Source of the DNA: an uncultured bacterium
GTDB lineage: Bacteria; CAYUVA01
Assembly: GCA_964448115.1 (NCBI GenBank)
Contig: CAYUVA010000039.1
Span: forward strand, 1-43,869
DNA: 43,869 bases
Direction of reading: 5' to 3'
The position numbers were made by a program, and so were the translations under genes. Shown piece by piece: positions 19,760 to 29,388 of this stretch; position 1 is the stretch's first letter; each line of letters opens with the position of its first letter. Under the pieces are notes generated by a model. It was not told the origin of the DNA and made no database searches. It was given only the letters and a program-made list of their open reading frames with translations.

Positions 19760-22299
19760 TGAGGTATCTTGTCTTCATCGCAGCAATAGTCGCTGTCCTG
19801 GTTGCATCTATCGGTCAGGCAATGATCAGCGCCAATCGCCTTAGCTTGGGGCTGCTTTTTTTCGCTGTTGGGATCGCCTGCTTTATTTTTTCATACCTGA
19901 AAAGCTCCCGCCGTCCGCTAAAACCTCCCGCAATCAAGGATTCAGATCGCAGAAAAGATGCCCTGGTCAGCGCGGTTTACATCATCATCCTTCTCGTTGT
20001 AGCCCTTTTCTATCGCGGTTACCGGCTGGAGGATTACCCGGATGGATTTTACTATGACGAGGCGGTGGTCGGCATGGAGGCTCGCTTCATCATCGAGGGA
20101 GTTGATCATCCCCTGTTTGTCGAGGTTACCCACACCACAAAAGTCATATTTTGGATCATATCCATCGTCTTTCGTATATTGGGTCAATCTATCTTCACCC
20201 TGCGCTTCACCACAGCCCTGTTCGCTGCTGGCGCGGTGATTGCGAGCTATTTTCTCTTTCGCATCTATTTCTCCAGGGAGCTTTCTTTTTTCGCAGCCTT
20301 GCTGTTTGCGCTCTCCAAGTGGAACATAACCGTAACCCGCATCGGCTGGCCGGAATTTGGGCAGGAATTGCTCTGCTATGTGCTAGTTATCCTGTTCATT
20401 ATCAAAGCAACAAGAACTGGCAGATGGTACTATTACCTAATCCTCGGAGCGGTTACCTCCTTCGGTTTCTACGGGCACTTCGGCTTCAGGGCAGCTTTAT
20501 TCATCATCTTCTTCTACTTGTCTTACCTATCCATCTTCAAGAGGGGATTTCTTAAAGCCCATTTTCAAGGCATGCTTATGCTGGTCTTCAGCTTTATCAT
20601 CCTTTCCAGCCCTTACCTGGTTTATATCATCAAGCACCCGGATCAGTACACCAGTCGCATGAGGGAGACGCAGCTTTTTGCCAGAACTCCCCCCGGACAA
20701 GAGTGGCAAGAGGTCAAGAACAGCCTGAGAGCGAATCTATTGATGTTCCATTACCGCGGAGATGGCAACATCCGCCATAATATCCCCGGCGACCCGATGC
20801 TCAACCCGGTGAACCGAGTGCTGTTTTTGCTCGGGGGTTCGCTGCTTTTGGTCGGCTTATTCAAGGCGGAGACGATCCTGATGCTGCTATGGTTTCTAGG
20901 TCCACTGGGACAAAGCATCGTTACCATAGAATATCCTCACGCAACTCGAACTATGGGGATGACACCGCTGGTCTATTTCTTGTGTGCTTTGTGCCTGTGG
21001 CACCTGTACGTGGTATCCTCGAAGGTGCTCGGAAAGCGCGTTCTGAAGCCGATAGCTGCGGTTCTCTTGATCGCCATAAGCACTTACAACTCCTGGTTCA
21101 GTTGGGATTTCTACTTCAATCGCTATGCCCATACTCCAGGCGTATCCCAGGGCTTCTACAAGGCTTTCTCCGAGATAGGAAAATTCTTCAAGCAGTTGGA
21201 TAATAAATATTATGTAATCTCAAGGTATCGCCACCACGAGGAGGCTATCTTCATCTCCGGCGCCCTTAAGGACTGCCGCAATTTAATCATCGAGGAGATC
21301 CCCTACGAGAAACCTTTTTCCGATAAAGACCTTATGTTCGTGTTCCTGGCTGAGAGGTACGATCTACTCTATGCGATTAAGCTATATTACCCGAACGGGA
21401 TCGTGCACCAGGGAATAGATGACAAGACCAAAAGACCTCTTTTCACTGCCTACGAGGTGAAGCGAGAACATATAATCGAGGCGCATGGGATAAAGGCTAG
21501 ATACTTCTCGGCAAAGGAGCAAAATGGAGAGATAACACTTGAAACCAAGGAGGAATTCCCCGCTCAGGCACTGCAAAACAGGGAGAAGCAGCCAGCTTAC
21601 CCCCCCAAAAGCGCTCACTGGCAGGGATCGATCAAGATCACCCAACCGGGAACTTACAGCTTCGATATGACTGGGGTTGAAAAAGGAGTGGTTATGGTCG
21701 ATGGTGAGGTGATATTTGATTCGAGCCGACCTTGCGATGAGCGCAGGTACCTCAAGATGGGCATTGGCGTATATCCGCTTGAGATCAGGGCAAATCTTGC
21801 AGCATCCAGCGATAATCCGCCCCGACTGCGCATGATCCCGCGTGGAGCAAAACCTCTACCGGTACCTCCTAGAGCATTCTACGACATCGAGATCCCAGGC
21901 AATACAATGGCTGGCGACTTCAGGCAGGGGGAGAGCTTTGAGGGAGTGCCATACTCTCGTCGCTATCTGCCCAATCTTTCCATCGATGTCTGGGAGTGTC
22001 GGCTCTGCGATTCGCCGTGCACAATCGAGTTCAGCGGCGAGCTTGAATTACCGATGGATGGTGAATATCGCTTCCAGTTCGATTTCGATGGCACACTTAG
22101 GCTATTTATAGATGACGAGCTTGTCCTTTCCAAGCAGGACTACCATCACCGCCGCCTGGTAGAATCTCAGCCACGCGAATACAAGGCGGGGAGGCATCCC
22201 TATCGCCTGGAGATAGTGGCTCACGATGCCTGCAAGTTCTATTGGATTCTTCCCCATAAGGTTCGAGAAATAGTGCCACCAACGGCATTTCATCGATAA
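19759..22299 (+). CDS. GT-C (GT39/ArnT-like) glycosyltransferase with two PA14-like domains
   Basis: 'YRGYRLEDYPDGFYYDEA', TM bundle, 'GIKARYF...SAHWQGSIKITQPGTYSF' and 'IEFSGELELPMDGEYRFQFDFDGTLRLFIDDELV...AGRHPYRLE'. ATG overlaps the upstream TAA (TAATG). Confidence 0.78.
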   Translation: MRYLVFIAAIVAVLVASIGQAMISANRLSLGLLFFAVGIACFIFSYLKSSRRPLKPPAIKDSDRRKDALVSAVYIIILLVVALFYRGYRLEDYPDGFYYDEAVVGMEARFIIEGVDHPLFVEVTHTTKVIFWIISIVFRILGQSIFTLRFTTALFAAGAVIASYFLFRIYFSRELSFFAALLFALSKWNITVTRIGWPEFGQELLCYVLVILFIIKATRTGRWYYYLILGAVTSFGFYGHFGFRAALFIIFFYLSYLSIFKRGFLKAHFQGMLMLVFSFIILSSPYLVYIIKHPDQYTSRMRETQLFARTPPGQEWQEVKNSLRANLLMFHYRGDGNIRHNIPGDPMLNPVNRVLFLLGGSLLLVGLFKAETILMLLWFLGPLGQSIVTIEYPHATRTMGMTPLVYFLCALCLWHLYVVSSKVLGKRVLKPIAAVLLIAISTYNSWFSWDFYFNRYAHTPGVSQGFYKAFSEIGKFFKQLDNKYYVISRYRHHEEAIFISGALKDCRNLIIEEIPYEKPFSDKDLMFVFLAERYDLLYAIKLYYPNGIVHQGIDDKTKRPLFTAYEVKREHIIEAHGIKARYFSAKEQNGEITLETKEEFPAQALQNREKQPAYPPKSAHWQGSIKITQPGTYSFDMTGVEKGVVMVDGEVIFDSSRPCDERRYLKMGIGVYPLEIRANLAASSDNPPRLRMIPRGAKPLPVPPRAFYDIEIPGNTMAGDFRQGESFEGVPYSRRYLPNLSIDVWECRLCDSPCTIEFSGELELPMDGEYRFQFDFDGTLRLFIDDELVLSKQDYHHRRLVESQPREYKAGRHPYRLEIVAHDACKFYWILPHKVREIVPPTAFHR

Positions 22300-22340
22300 T
22301 TTTCTTTACATTCTATGCTGGTAAAAGTAGTTTTTCGCCT

Positions 22341-23774
22341 ATGAGAATATTGATTGTCTCTTATATGGACCTGAGCGGACCGGGTACCATCCAGGCTTAC
22401 AACTACGCAAATATGCTCGCAAAGCTTGGCTGCCAGGTCATGTTTCTGTTCCCTGGAGATATCAATACAGTCAAGTATATGGATACTCCACCAGCCTTTG
22501 AGATCGACCAGGTTGTTATTACTCAAGCCAGGTTGAGCAAATCTCTAACCAACAAGATAAGAAACTTTTATCCAAAGATAATTCATGTATGGACTCCGAG
22601 AACAATTCCTGCCCTGGTTGCGCTCCAGACATTGGAAGTCTGCGATAGTAAGCTGATCATACACCACGAGGATCACGAGGACTATCTTTACCAGCAGCAG
22701 GGAGTAGATGTCTTCGCAGACAAGCGCTACTTCCTGGACAGCCTGGTTAATCCGGAACGCTATCCCTGGAAGCACCCGGTGATCTCTTATGTTGCGGAGC
22801 GGCTCGCTGATGGATTCACTTGCATCTGTAAACCGCTTTACGAAAGGTTAAAAGAGCAATGGAATAAACCGACACACCTGTTATATCCAATCATCGATTT
22901 TTCAAAGTATTCCCTTGAGTCTAATCACAAATTATTCAAGAATCTTGGGCTTTCCGATAAGATGGTTTTACTTTATACCGGCTCCGTGGCAGGCTTCCAT
23001 GATTTCGACCTTGTTCTCCAAGGCTTCGCAAAGGCTGCCCAACGATGCCCTGGGTTGCACCTGCTCCATATCGGCAAGATACATATCGAGCAATCCATCG
23101 ACCAGTTGATTAAGTATCTGAAAATAAAGGATAGAGTAACCCTGTTGGGTAAGCTGCCTAACCGCCTTATACCTCATTTTTTAGCCAGTGCCGATATTCT
23201 GGTTCAGGGGGGTAGAGACAACCCATTCAACAGGTATCGTCTCCCAGCCAAGCTCCCCGAATATATGGCTGCCGGCAAGCCGATAATCACCTTTGCCACC
23301 GGCTTCGGAGAGGAGCTTGCTGATAAAAAGGATGTGCTCAAGACCTACACCGATGATCCATCTGAACTTGCGGAGTGCATAGTCCAGCTCGTAAATGATA
23401 AAAAGCTAGGTGAGCAGCTTGGAGAAAATGCGAAAAAAAAGGCTGAAGTGTTGTTCGATCCCATGAAAAATACCAAGTCTATATTAGACTTCTATCAACA
23501 TATTCTCAAAACCGAAGCAGCCGACGGAGCCATGAAACCAGTACCCCTTTCCGATTATCTCCCACTTGATATCATTGAAGAGAGGCTTCGATTTAACAAT
23601 GATGTCCAAAGATCACGAAAAATGCTCTATGAACAGTTATTAGCCAGGGAATACTTGGTTCGAGCCAAGGATATCCATATCTCAAACCTCGAAAAGGCAT
23701 TAGGAAAAGTAAAAAGAACCCCGTTTTATAAAACATATAGTATTCTCAAGCGAATAAAAGAAAGGTTCTCATAG
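22341..23774 (+). CDS. Glycosyltransferase family 4 (GT-B)
   Basis: MRILIV start, 'LLYTGSV', 'ASADILVQ', 'PAKLPEYMAAGKPII', and a C-terminal helical tail. Confidence 0.88.
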   Translation: MRILIVSYMDLSGPGTIQAYNYANMLAKLGCQVMFLFPGDINTVKYMDTPPAFEIDQVVITQARLSKSLTNKIRNFYPKIIHVWTPRTIPALVALQTLEVCDSKLIIHHEDHEDYLYQQQGVDVFADKRYFLDSLVNPERYPWKHPVISYVAERLADGFTCICKPLYERLKEQWNKPTHLLYPIIDFSKYSLESNHKLFKNLGLSDKMVLLYTGSVAGFHDFDLVLQGFAKAAQRCPGLHLLHIGKIHIEQSIDQLIKYLKIKDRVTLLGKLPNRLIPHFLASADILVQGGRDNPFNRYRLPAKLPEYMAAGKPIITFATGFGEELADKKDVLKTYTDDPSELAECIVQLVNDKKLGEQLGENAKKKAEVLFDPMKNTKSILDFYQHILKTEAADGAMKPVPLSDYLPLDIIEERLRFNNDVQRSRKMLYEQLLAREYLVRAKDIHISNLEKALGKVKRTPFYKTYSILKRIKERFS

Positions 23775-23907
23775 CGATACCTAGCCCATCCTGTCCATAG
23801 CTGGAGGTGAAGCCATGAGATGAATACTAACTACCGTTCCCTGTTATTCTACAAGATCTATAACTAACCGAAGGGGCATCGGTCTGCTGGGTAAAATCGT
23901 TGTATTA

Positions 23908-24513
23908 TCAGGTCTTTGTCATTATAGCGCCGGAGAGATCTGCGCCGATAAGGTTTGCATCAGTCGTATTTGCATCGGTCAGGTTTGCCATGAATAGAAT
24001 GGTTCCCTCCAGGTTGGTAAATGAAAGATCACAGCTAACCATCGAAGCTCCCCCCAGAAAGGCATCCTTCAGGTTGCAACCGGATAGATTCGCATGATTG
24101 AGATTGGCTTCCTTAAAGTCAGCATCCTCGCAATTGGCATCCTCCATCTCCACATTCTCCATATTAGCCTTGTGGAACTTGGCTTTTCGAAGATCTGCAT
24201 TATCCAAGTCAGCATCCTTGAATATCGCTTCATTGCATCGTGCGCCCCTGAGTCGGGCACCATTTAGCTCTGCCCCCTCCAGGTTGGCTTTGGATAGATC
24301 TGCCCCCGATAGATCAGCCTCATTAAGATCCACTCCCTCAAGCCTTGCGCCATTGAGCTTCGCACCGACCAGTCTTACACCATTGAAGTCGGATCCGGTA
24401 AAGATCCCGCCACTTAGGTTCAAGCCGGACAGATCAAGGTTAGTGAAATCGAGCATCTGCATCGGCTCTTTCTTTTTTACCTTTTCCTTTACTTGTTCAA
24501 TAGTTAGAGCCAT
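23908..24513 (-). CDS. Pentapeptide repeat protein
   Basis: Near-continuous A(D/N)Lxx repeats (ADLSG ADLSK ANLEG AELNG ARLRG...). Confidence 0.93.
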   Translation of the reverse strand: MALTIEQVKEKVKKKEPMQMLDFTNLDLSGLNLSGGIFTGSDFNGVRLVGAKLNGARLEGVDLNEADLSGADLSKANLEGAELNGARLRGARCNEAIFKDADLDNADLRKAKFHKANMENVEMEDANCEDADFKEANLNHANLSGCNLKDAFLGGASMVSCDLSFTNLEGTILFMANLTDANTTDANLIGADLSGAIMTKT

Positions 24514-24613
24514 AGTATTGCTAGGTCTTCTAAACAGTAGGTTATGGCAGTTTTACTTACCTACTCAACAATTATACTTATATAGTAAACTGCCTAAAAA
24601 ATCAATAGCTGTT

Positions 24614-25648
24614 CTATCTTGCTAGTCTTGTAAACATGTTCTTTAGTACGAATAGCACAATATGGGGATTCTCCGACATGCGGCGGCGAAGGTAAGCCAA
24701 TGCATCCTCCCAGCGATTGGCAAAGGGAACATATAGACGAATGTTTACTTCCTTGCCACTAAGATCCTTGAGATAATTGCTGGAATCACCATTCATTCCC
24801 CTTAAGAAATCAGCATTTTTAAACAGGCTCCCAGATTTGATCCCTCTATAAAGATCATCAAGAGGTATCCCTAATAGCGTCTGAAGCTCGAACTGAGAAT
24901 GAGAAATGTGGTTTGGAGCGATTATTTCCTTAAAGAATCTGTATATATAACTTCTATCATGCGTGCCCAGTTCAGTGTAAATTCCCTTTTCAAGCAGCCT
25001 TCGGGCAGATTTAAGCATCCTTTCCTTCATCTTTTTCTTACTGGTCAGCGCAATGCTCGCCGGCTCGCGGTAGATGCCGATTACGATGCGAATGCGGGCA
25101 CGCTCATCGAGACGCTCAATATCCTTTTCGGTGCGATGCAGCATTGATTGAAGCACGGTGCCGACATTGCCTAATCCCTCGTTCAGCAGCGAGATGTAGG
25201 TGTCGAGCGTGAAATCAGTCCAGTTGTGATCCTCCATGTCAATGGTTACCTTTACCTGGTTTGATTGAGCCTTGCTGCAAATATCCTTGATATGCTGATA
25301 TGTCTCGGCAAGTGCTGCATCGCCGATAGTCTGTATAGTTTTCCCTGGCGGTATCACAGTGAAAGCCGATGGCTTCAAGGAAATAGTTGGTCTTTTTATG
25401 CCAGGCTCGAAATCATCCATCTTGACAATACGATAAATCAACTCCTCATAGAGTTTTTTATATCTTGATACATTCTCGAAGGAGATCGATGCTTCTCCGA
25501 GTACATCCATGGTAGTAAGTAGCCCCTGCTCCCTGTAAATGCTCCTCGTCTTCTCGATAGCAAGTTCCAAAGAGCATCCTGCCAGGTATGGCTTGGTGAA
25601 GATCTTTACCAGGAACGAAGGAGTCAACTGCGCAAAAAGCGGATGCAT
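24614..25648 (-). CDS. Monofunctional proline dehydrogenase family protein
   Basis: PYLAG, DVLGE, SLKPS, IDMED, VGTVLQS, GIYRE, GTHD, RLYVPF...YLRRRMSENP; AGGAGG RBS. Confidence 0.85.
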   Translation of the reverse strand: MHPLFAQLTPSFLVKIFTKPYLAGCSLELAIEKTRSIYREQGLLTTMDVLGEASISFENVSRYKKLYEELIYRIVKMDDFEPGIKRPTISLKPSAFTVIPPGKTIQTIGDAALAETYQHIKDICSKAQSNQVKVTIDMEDHNWTDFTLDTYISLLNEGLGNVGTVLQSMLHRTEKDIERLDERARIRIVIGIYREPASIALTSKKKMKERMLKSARRLLEKGIYTELGTHDRSYIYRFFKEIIAPNHISHSQFELQTLLGIPLDDLYRGIKSGSLFKNADFLRGMNGDSSNYLKDLSGKEVNIRLYVPFANRWEDALAYLRRRMSENPHIVLFVLKNMFTRLAR

Positions 25649-25752
25649 AACCGACCTCCTTATTACCGCATCAGGATCAACCTCAGAATCGTACCACTTT
25701 TGTCCATAGCCGACATATATCCCTCTCCCCGCTTTGGGGGTGGGGACAAGTT

Positions 25753-25782
25753 TAGAATGTCAAAATGTCGGTGGATTGTCAA
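25753..25782 (-). promoter_or_regulatory. Possible sigma70 promoter of the proline dehydrogenase gene
   Basis: TTGACA, 17-bp spacer, CATTCT, with TG at the extended -10 position. Confidence 0.4.
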
Positions 25783-25849
25783 TGAATAGATTGTCAGGTA
25801 GATTGGCTGTTGTGCAGATGGCGGTTAAATAACCATCAAGACTCAAGCC

Positions 25850-27757
25850 TCACGCCTCATCCCTTACATCAGGCTGCCTGGGGGGCTCTGGTGGTTCGTG
25901 AGCGCGCTTTGGTACATTTGAAACACCAAATTCCTTAGCGATCTGATCGATCTGCTCACCACTCAGCGTTTCATTCTCCAGTAATTGTTTTGCCAGCTCA
26001 TGCAGTGCATCGATATTTTCGCCAAGCACCTTTTTAGCTGTGTCATAGGCATTATATACGATCTTTTTTATCTCGTTATCGATAATTACCGCCGTCGCCT
26101 CGCTGTGATCCTCCTTTTCTCCTAGTTCCTTACCTAAAAAGATATGTTCCTCCTTCTTGCCAAAGACCACCGGACCTAGCTCATCACTCATACCCCACTC
26201 GCAGACCATCTTGCGTGCTATCTGGGTTGCTCTCTCCAGGTCGTTTGCGCTGCCGTTGGTGGTCCATTCCTTGCCGAAGACCAGCTCCTCAGCCACCTTT
26301 CCGCCGAGCATTGATGCCAGGTTGTCCTCGAGATAATTCTTTGGATAAGTATATTTATCTTCCCTTGGTAGAAACTGGGTTAGTCCGAGAGCCATTCCAC
26401 GGGGGATTATGGTCGCCTTGTGTATCTCTTCAGCATTGGGGAGGAATTTTGCCACCAGTGCATGTCCAGCCTCATGGTATGCGATAAGCTTCTTTTCCTT
26501 GTCGGTTATGACGCGGCTGCGTTTCTCTGGACCCATCATTACCTTGTCCTTTGCATACTCCAGGTCAGCCATGTCAACCTTATCCTTGTTCTGCCTGGCA
26601 GCCCACAATGCAGCCTCATTGACCATATTTGCAAGGTCAGCGCCGCAGAAGCCTGGCGTACCTCTGGCTAGCACCACAAGATCGACATCTTCCGCCTTGG
26701 GTATATTTCTGAGATGTACCCTTAGTATCTCCTCTCGTCCCTTCACATCAGGGCGATCCACCACTATCTGGCGGTCGAACCTGCCCGGTCTTAGCAGCGC
26801 GGGATCGAGCACATCAGGGCGATTTGTGGCAGCGATGAGGATCACTCCCTCCTTGGACTCGAAGCCGTCCATCTCGACCAATAGGGCATTTAATGTCTGT
26901 TCCCTCTCATCATGTCCACCGCCGAGCCCGGCTCCGCGGTGTCGCCCCACCGCATCAAGTTCATCCATGAAGATAATGCAAGGGGCATTCTTTTTTCCCT
27001 TCTCGAATAGATCTCTCACCCGTGATGCTCCAACACCAACGAAAAGCTCTACGAAGTCAGAGCCGCTGATCGAAAAGAAGGGCACTGATGCCTCACCAGC
27101 GATCGCACGGGCAAGCAGGGTTTTACCGGTGCCTGGCGGTCCGACCAGCAGGACACCCTTGGGAATCTTACCGCCTAACTTTGAGAATCTTGAGGGGTCT
27201 TTAAGGAATTCTATTATCTCGCGCAGCTCCTCCTTGGCTTCCTCCACGCCAGCCACATCAGCGAAGGTTACCTTCTTATCCTGGTCGGTAGTCATCTTGG
27301 CGCGACTCTTGCCGAAGGATAAAGCCCGATTGCTTCCCCCCTGCATCTGCCTCATGAAGAAGATCCAAATACCGATGAATAAAGCCAGTGGCAGTACCCA
27401 GGTGGCGAGTATGGTCAACAGCGAGTTATCGCTCTGCTTTTCGACCTCGATGCGGACATTGTGATCGCGCAATAAAGGTATTAAATTTTGATCTATAGGT
27501 GCAAAGGTGGTGAAGGTTTGCTCTGCTTGCAACCCTGACTCAACTTGTCCCTTATAGGTACCCTCTATGCTATATCCCTTTACACTGGTTCCCACTATCT
27601 TAACCTCGGCGACAATGTTCTTTTGTACCTTATTGAGAAAATCGCTATATATAATCTTCTCGGATTGATTCTGTTGATCCTGGATGATCTTGTAGCTCAG
27701 AAGAGCGATTGCTATAATTACCATCCATAGGGTCAGGCTCTTTAGCTTGGAGTTCAA
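25850..27757 (-). CDS. ftsH: ATP-dependent zinc metalloprotease FtsH
   Basis: Two TM helices, [45 protein letters not shown] start after a G-rich RBS. Confidence 0.98.
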   Translation of the reverse strand: MNSKLKSLTLWMVIIAIALLSYKIIQDQQNQSEKIIYSDFLNKVQKNIVAEVKIVGTSVKGYSIEGTYKGQVESGLQAEQTFTTFAPIDQNLIPLLRDHNVRIEVEKQSDNSLLTILATWVLPLALFIGIWIFFMRQMQGGSNRALSFGKSRAKMTTDQDKKVTFADVAGVEEAKEELREIIEFLKDPSRFSKLGGKIPKGVLLVGPPGTGKTLLARAIAGEASVPFFSISGSDFVELFVGVGASRVRDLFEKGKKNAPCIIFMDELDAVGRHRGAGLGGGHDEREQTLNALLVEMDGFESKEGVILIAATNRPDVLDPALLRPGRFDRQIVVDRPDVKGREEILRVHLRNIPKAEDVDLVVLARGTPGFCGADLANMVNEAALWAARQNKDKVDMADLEYAKDKVMMGPEKRSRVITDKEKKLIAYHEAGHALVAKFLPNAEEIHKATIIPRGMALGLTQFLPREDKYTYPKNYLEDNLASMLGGKVAEELVFGKEWTTNGSANDLERATQIARKMVCEWGMSDELGPVVFGKKEEHIFLGKELGEKEDHSEATAVIIDNEIKKIVYNAYDTAKKVLGENIDALHELAKQLLENETLSGEQIDQIAKEFGVSNVPKRAHEPPEPPRQPDVRDEA

Positions 27758-27814
27758 GTCTTTGTCCCCCCTTATGGGTTTTCATTATTTTAGTCTCAAG
27801 GACATATCCTTTCT

Positions 27815-27843
27815 ATTATAAGAAAAAATGCTCCTAAAGACAA
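27815..27843 (-). promoter_or_regulatory. sigma70-type promoter of ftsH
   Basis: TTGTCT (27843-27838), 17-bp spacer, TATAAT (27820-27815). Confidence 0.6.
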
Positions 27844-27972
27844 ATTTACCTTACCAATCATATTATTTTAATTCCGACAACATAATAAATGAAAATATAC
27901 CTGGCAGGAAGGCTGGCGAAAGTCAGTGCAAGGAAAACACTCTCTTTTTTGTCAATGTAGAAATATAAATTT

Positions 27973-29370
27973 TCACTTAGACATAATTCTCCGGCGAAAA
28001 ATGCGCGGTGGTGAATCAAGCCTTTTCAGGTGTCCTTTCTCAAGGGTGAAAACATTGGTAGTAGGAGTTATGCATCTCCAATCCAGATGCCTGGTACTTA
28101 AATAATTTATGTTCCTTTGCCCATAGACGATACAGATTAGTTTGCCAGTGCCATCAAGTTGCATAAATGTAGGATTATCTGATTTATCTAAATAGATAAA
28201 AGTATCATCCTTATCTACTTCTGGAAATATAGTTTTGATTTCTGAAGTGATCCTGTGCAGTAACAGGTTGTTGTTGAAAAAGCCAATCTGCCACTTAAGA
28301 TTTGAGAAAATTATGATTGCAAGAAATAAAGTAATAAGTATCCATCGAGGCATTCTATAATATCGGTAAATTAATGAGCTTATAAGCAAAGCATAGCCAA
28401 CCAAGGAGAAATAAAGATACCAAGGGGCGGTTATATTGAATACAGGAATCAAAGGGATTAGTATTAAAATAAACGATAATTTTATTAAAACAGAATCTTT
28501 TTTATCTAATAACCTATAAATTAATAAAATATATAGAGGTATTAGCAATAATAAAAAGTAGCTGCCCTTAAAAAACAATAGAATATATATATTTTTTAGA
28601 AATATATTAATAATATGAAATATCAATGAAATATCAATATTCTTTGCTAAGTTAAAACTAGACTTTATATCTCGAAAGAGGAATAATCTGGCTAAAAGAT
28701 ACAAAATCGAAATAACTATGAATGGCAAAATTGTTTTAACACCATCTGTAAATAGAATCCATTTGCCGTTAAATATTCTCTTGTGAACAATTAAACAGAA
28801 TATAAAATATAATAAAACAGCCAGGGAGAGAGCCATCTCCTTTGCAAGTAGAGAAATAGTGAATCCAATAATACTTATTATAATATATTTCTTTGTGCCT
28901 TTTGAAATATATCTAATAAAAAATATTAAAGACACAAGGTAAAAAATAAAACATAGTGAATCGTTCCTTTTTGCCAGGTCAATTGCTACCACCGCACTTG
29001 AAATATGAGATGAGAAAATCATGCATGATAGCATTGATGCCATTATTGAGATTCCTAATTCCTTAAGAAGAAAATAGACCAAGATTACACAAATGATGTG
29101 AAATGTTAGGTTACTAAGATGATATCCCCACGCTCTTAAGCCATACAGGGCGTAATCAAGGTAAAAAGAAAGGGTGGCTAACGGTCTGATCCTGTCCTCT
29201 AATTCGATTATATAAGTCAATATCCACTTGGCAGGCTCAGTTATTTCATTGAAATAAAAGGAATAAAGATATCTTGTAATAACTTCATGGGTGAAGGGAA
29301 AACTTATCGAATAACCATAAATAATGATATTTAGGACAATTATGAAGAATATCGTTTTTTTATTATTCAT
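27973..29370 (-). CDS. AT-rich GT-C/TMTC-like membrane protein
   Basis: 'RPL..LSFYLDY.LYG...WGYHLSN..FH', 'RNDSL', 'SLLAKEMA', 'YLYFS' resemble the TMTC/PMT-like TM domain. Very AT-rich (9 G+C in 28501-28560). Confidence 0.7.
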   Translation of the reverse strand: MNNKKTIFFIIVLNIIIYGYSISFPFTHEVITRYLYSFYFNEITEPAKWILTYIIELEDRIRPLATLSFYLDYALYGLRAWGYHLSNLTFHIICVILVYFLLKELGISIMASMLSCMIFSSHISSAVVAIDLAKRNDSLCFIFYLVSLIFFIRYISKGTKKYIIISIIGFTISLLAKEMALSLAVLLYFIFCLIVHKRIFNGKWILFTDGVKTILPFIVISILYLLARLFLFRDIKSSFNLAKNIDISLIFHIINIFLKNIYILLFFKGSYFLLLLIPLYILLIYRLLDKKDSVLIKLSFILILIPLIPVFNITAPWYLYFSLVGYALLISSLIYRYYRMPRWILITLFLAIIIFSNLKWQIGFFNNNLLLHRITSEIKTIFPEVDKDDTFIYLDKSDNPTFMQLDGTGKLICIVYGQRNINYLSTRHLDWRCITPTTNVFTLEKGHLKRLDSPPRIFRRRIMSK

Positions 29371-29388
29371 AAAAAATTAAATGCATCC

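Noticed and set aside
23803-23823. Strong GGAGGTGA RBS followed by ATG AGA TGA
   Set aside because: Immediate stop and no recognisable protein or SECIS-like evidence on readthrough.
24098-24625. 175-aa plus-strand ORF
   Set aside because: Antisense shadow of the pentapeptide repeat gene.
25664-25717. 17-codon ORF (MSAMDKSGTILRLILMR) ahead of the proline dehydrogenase gene
   Set aside because: No Pro codons or attenuator structure, and its RBS is part of a REP-like relic.
26409-27464. 351-aa plus-strand ORF
   Set aside because: Antisense shadow of ftsH.
27912-27928. GAAA-tetraloop hairpin (ctggc-gaaa-gtcag) upstream of ftsH
   Set aside because: Isolated short hairpin on the non-coding strand, with no second stem for a c-di-GMP or other riboswitch.
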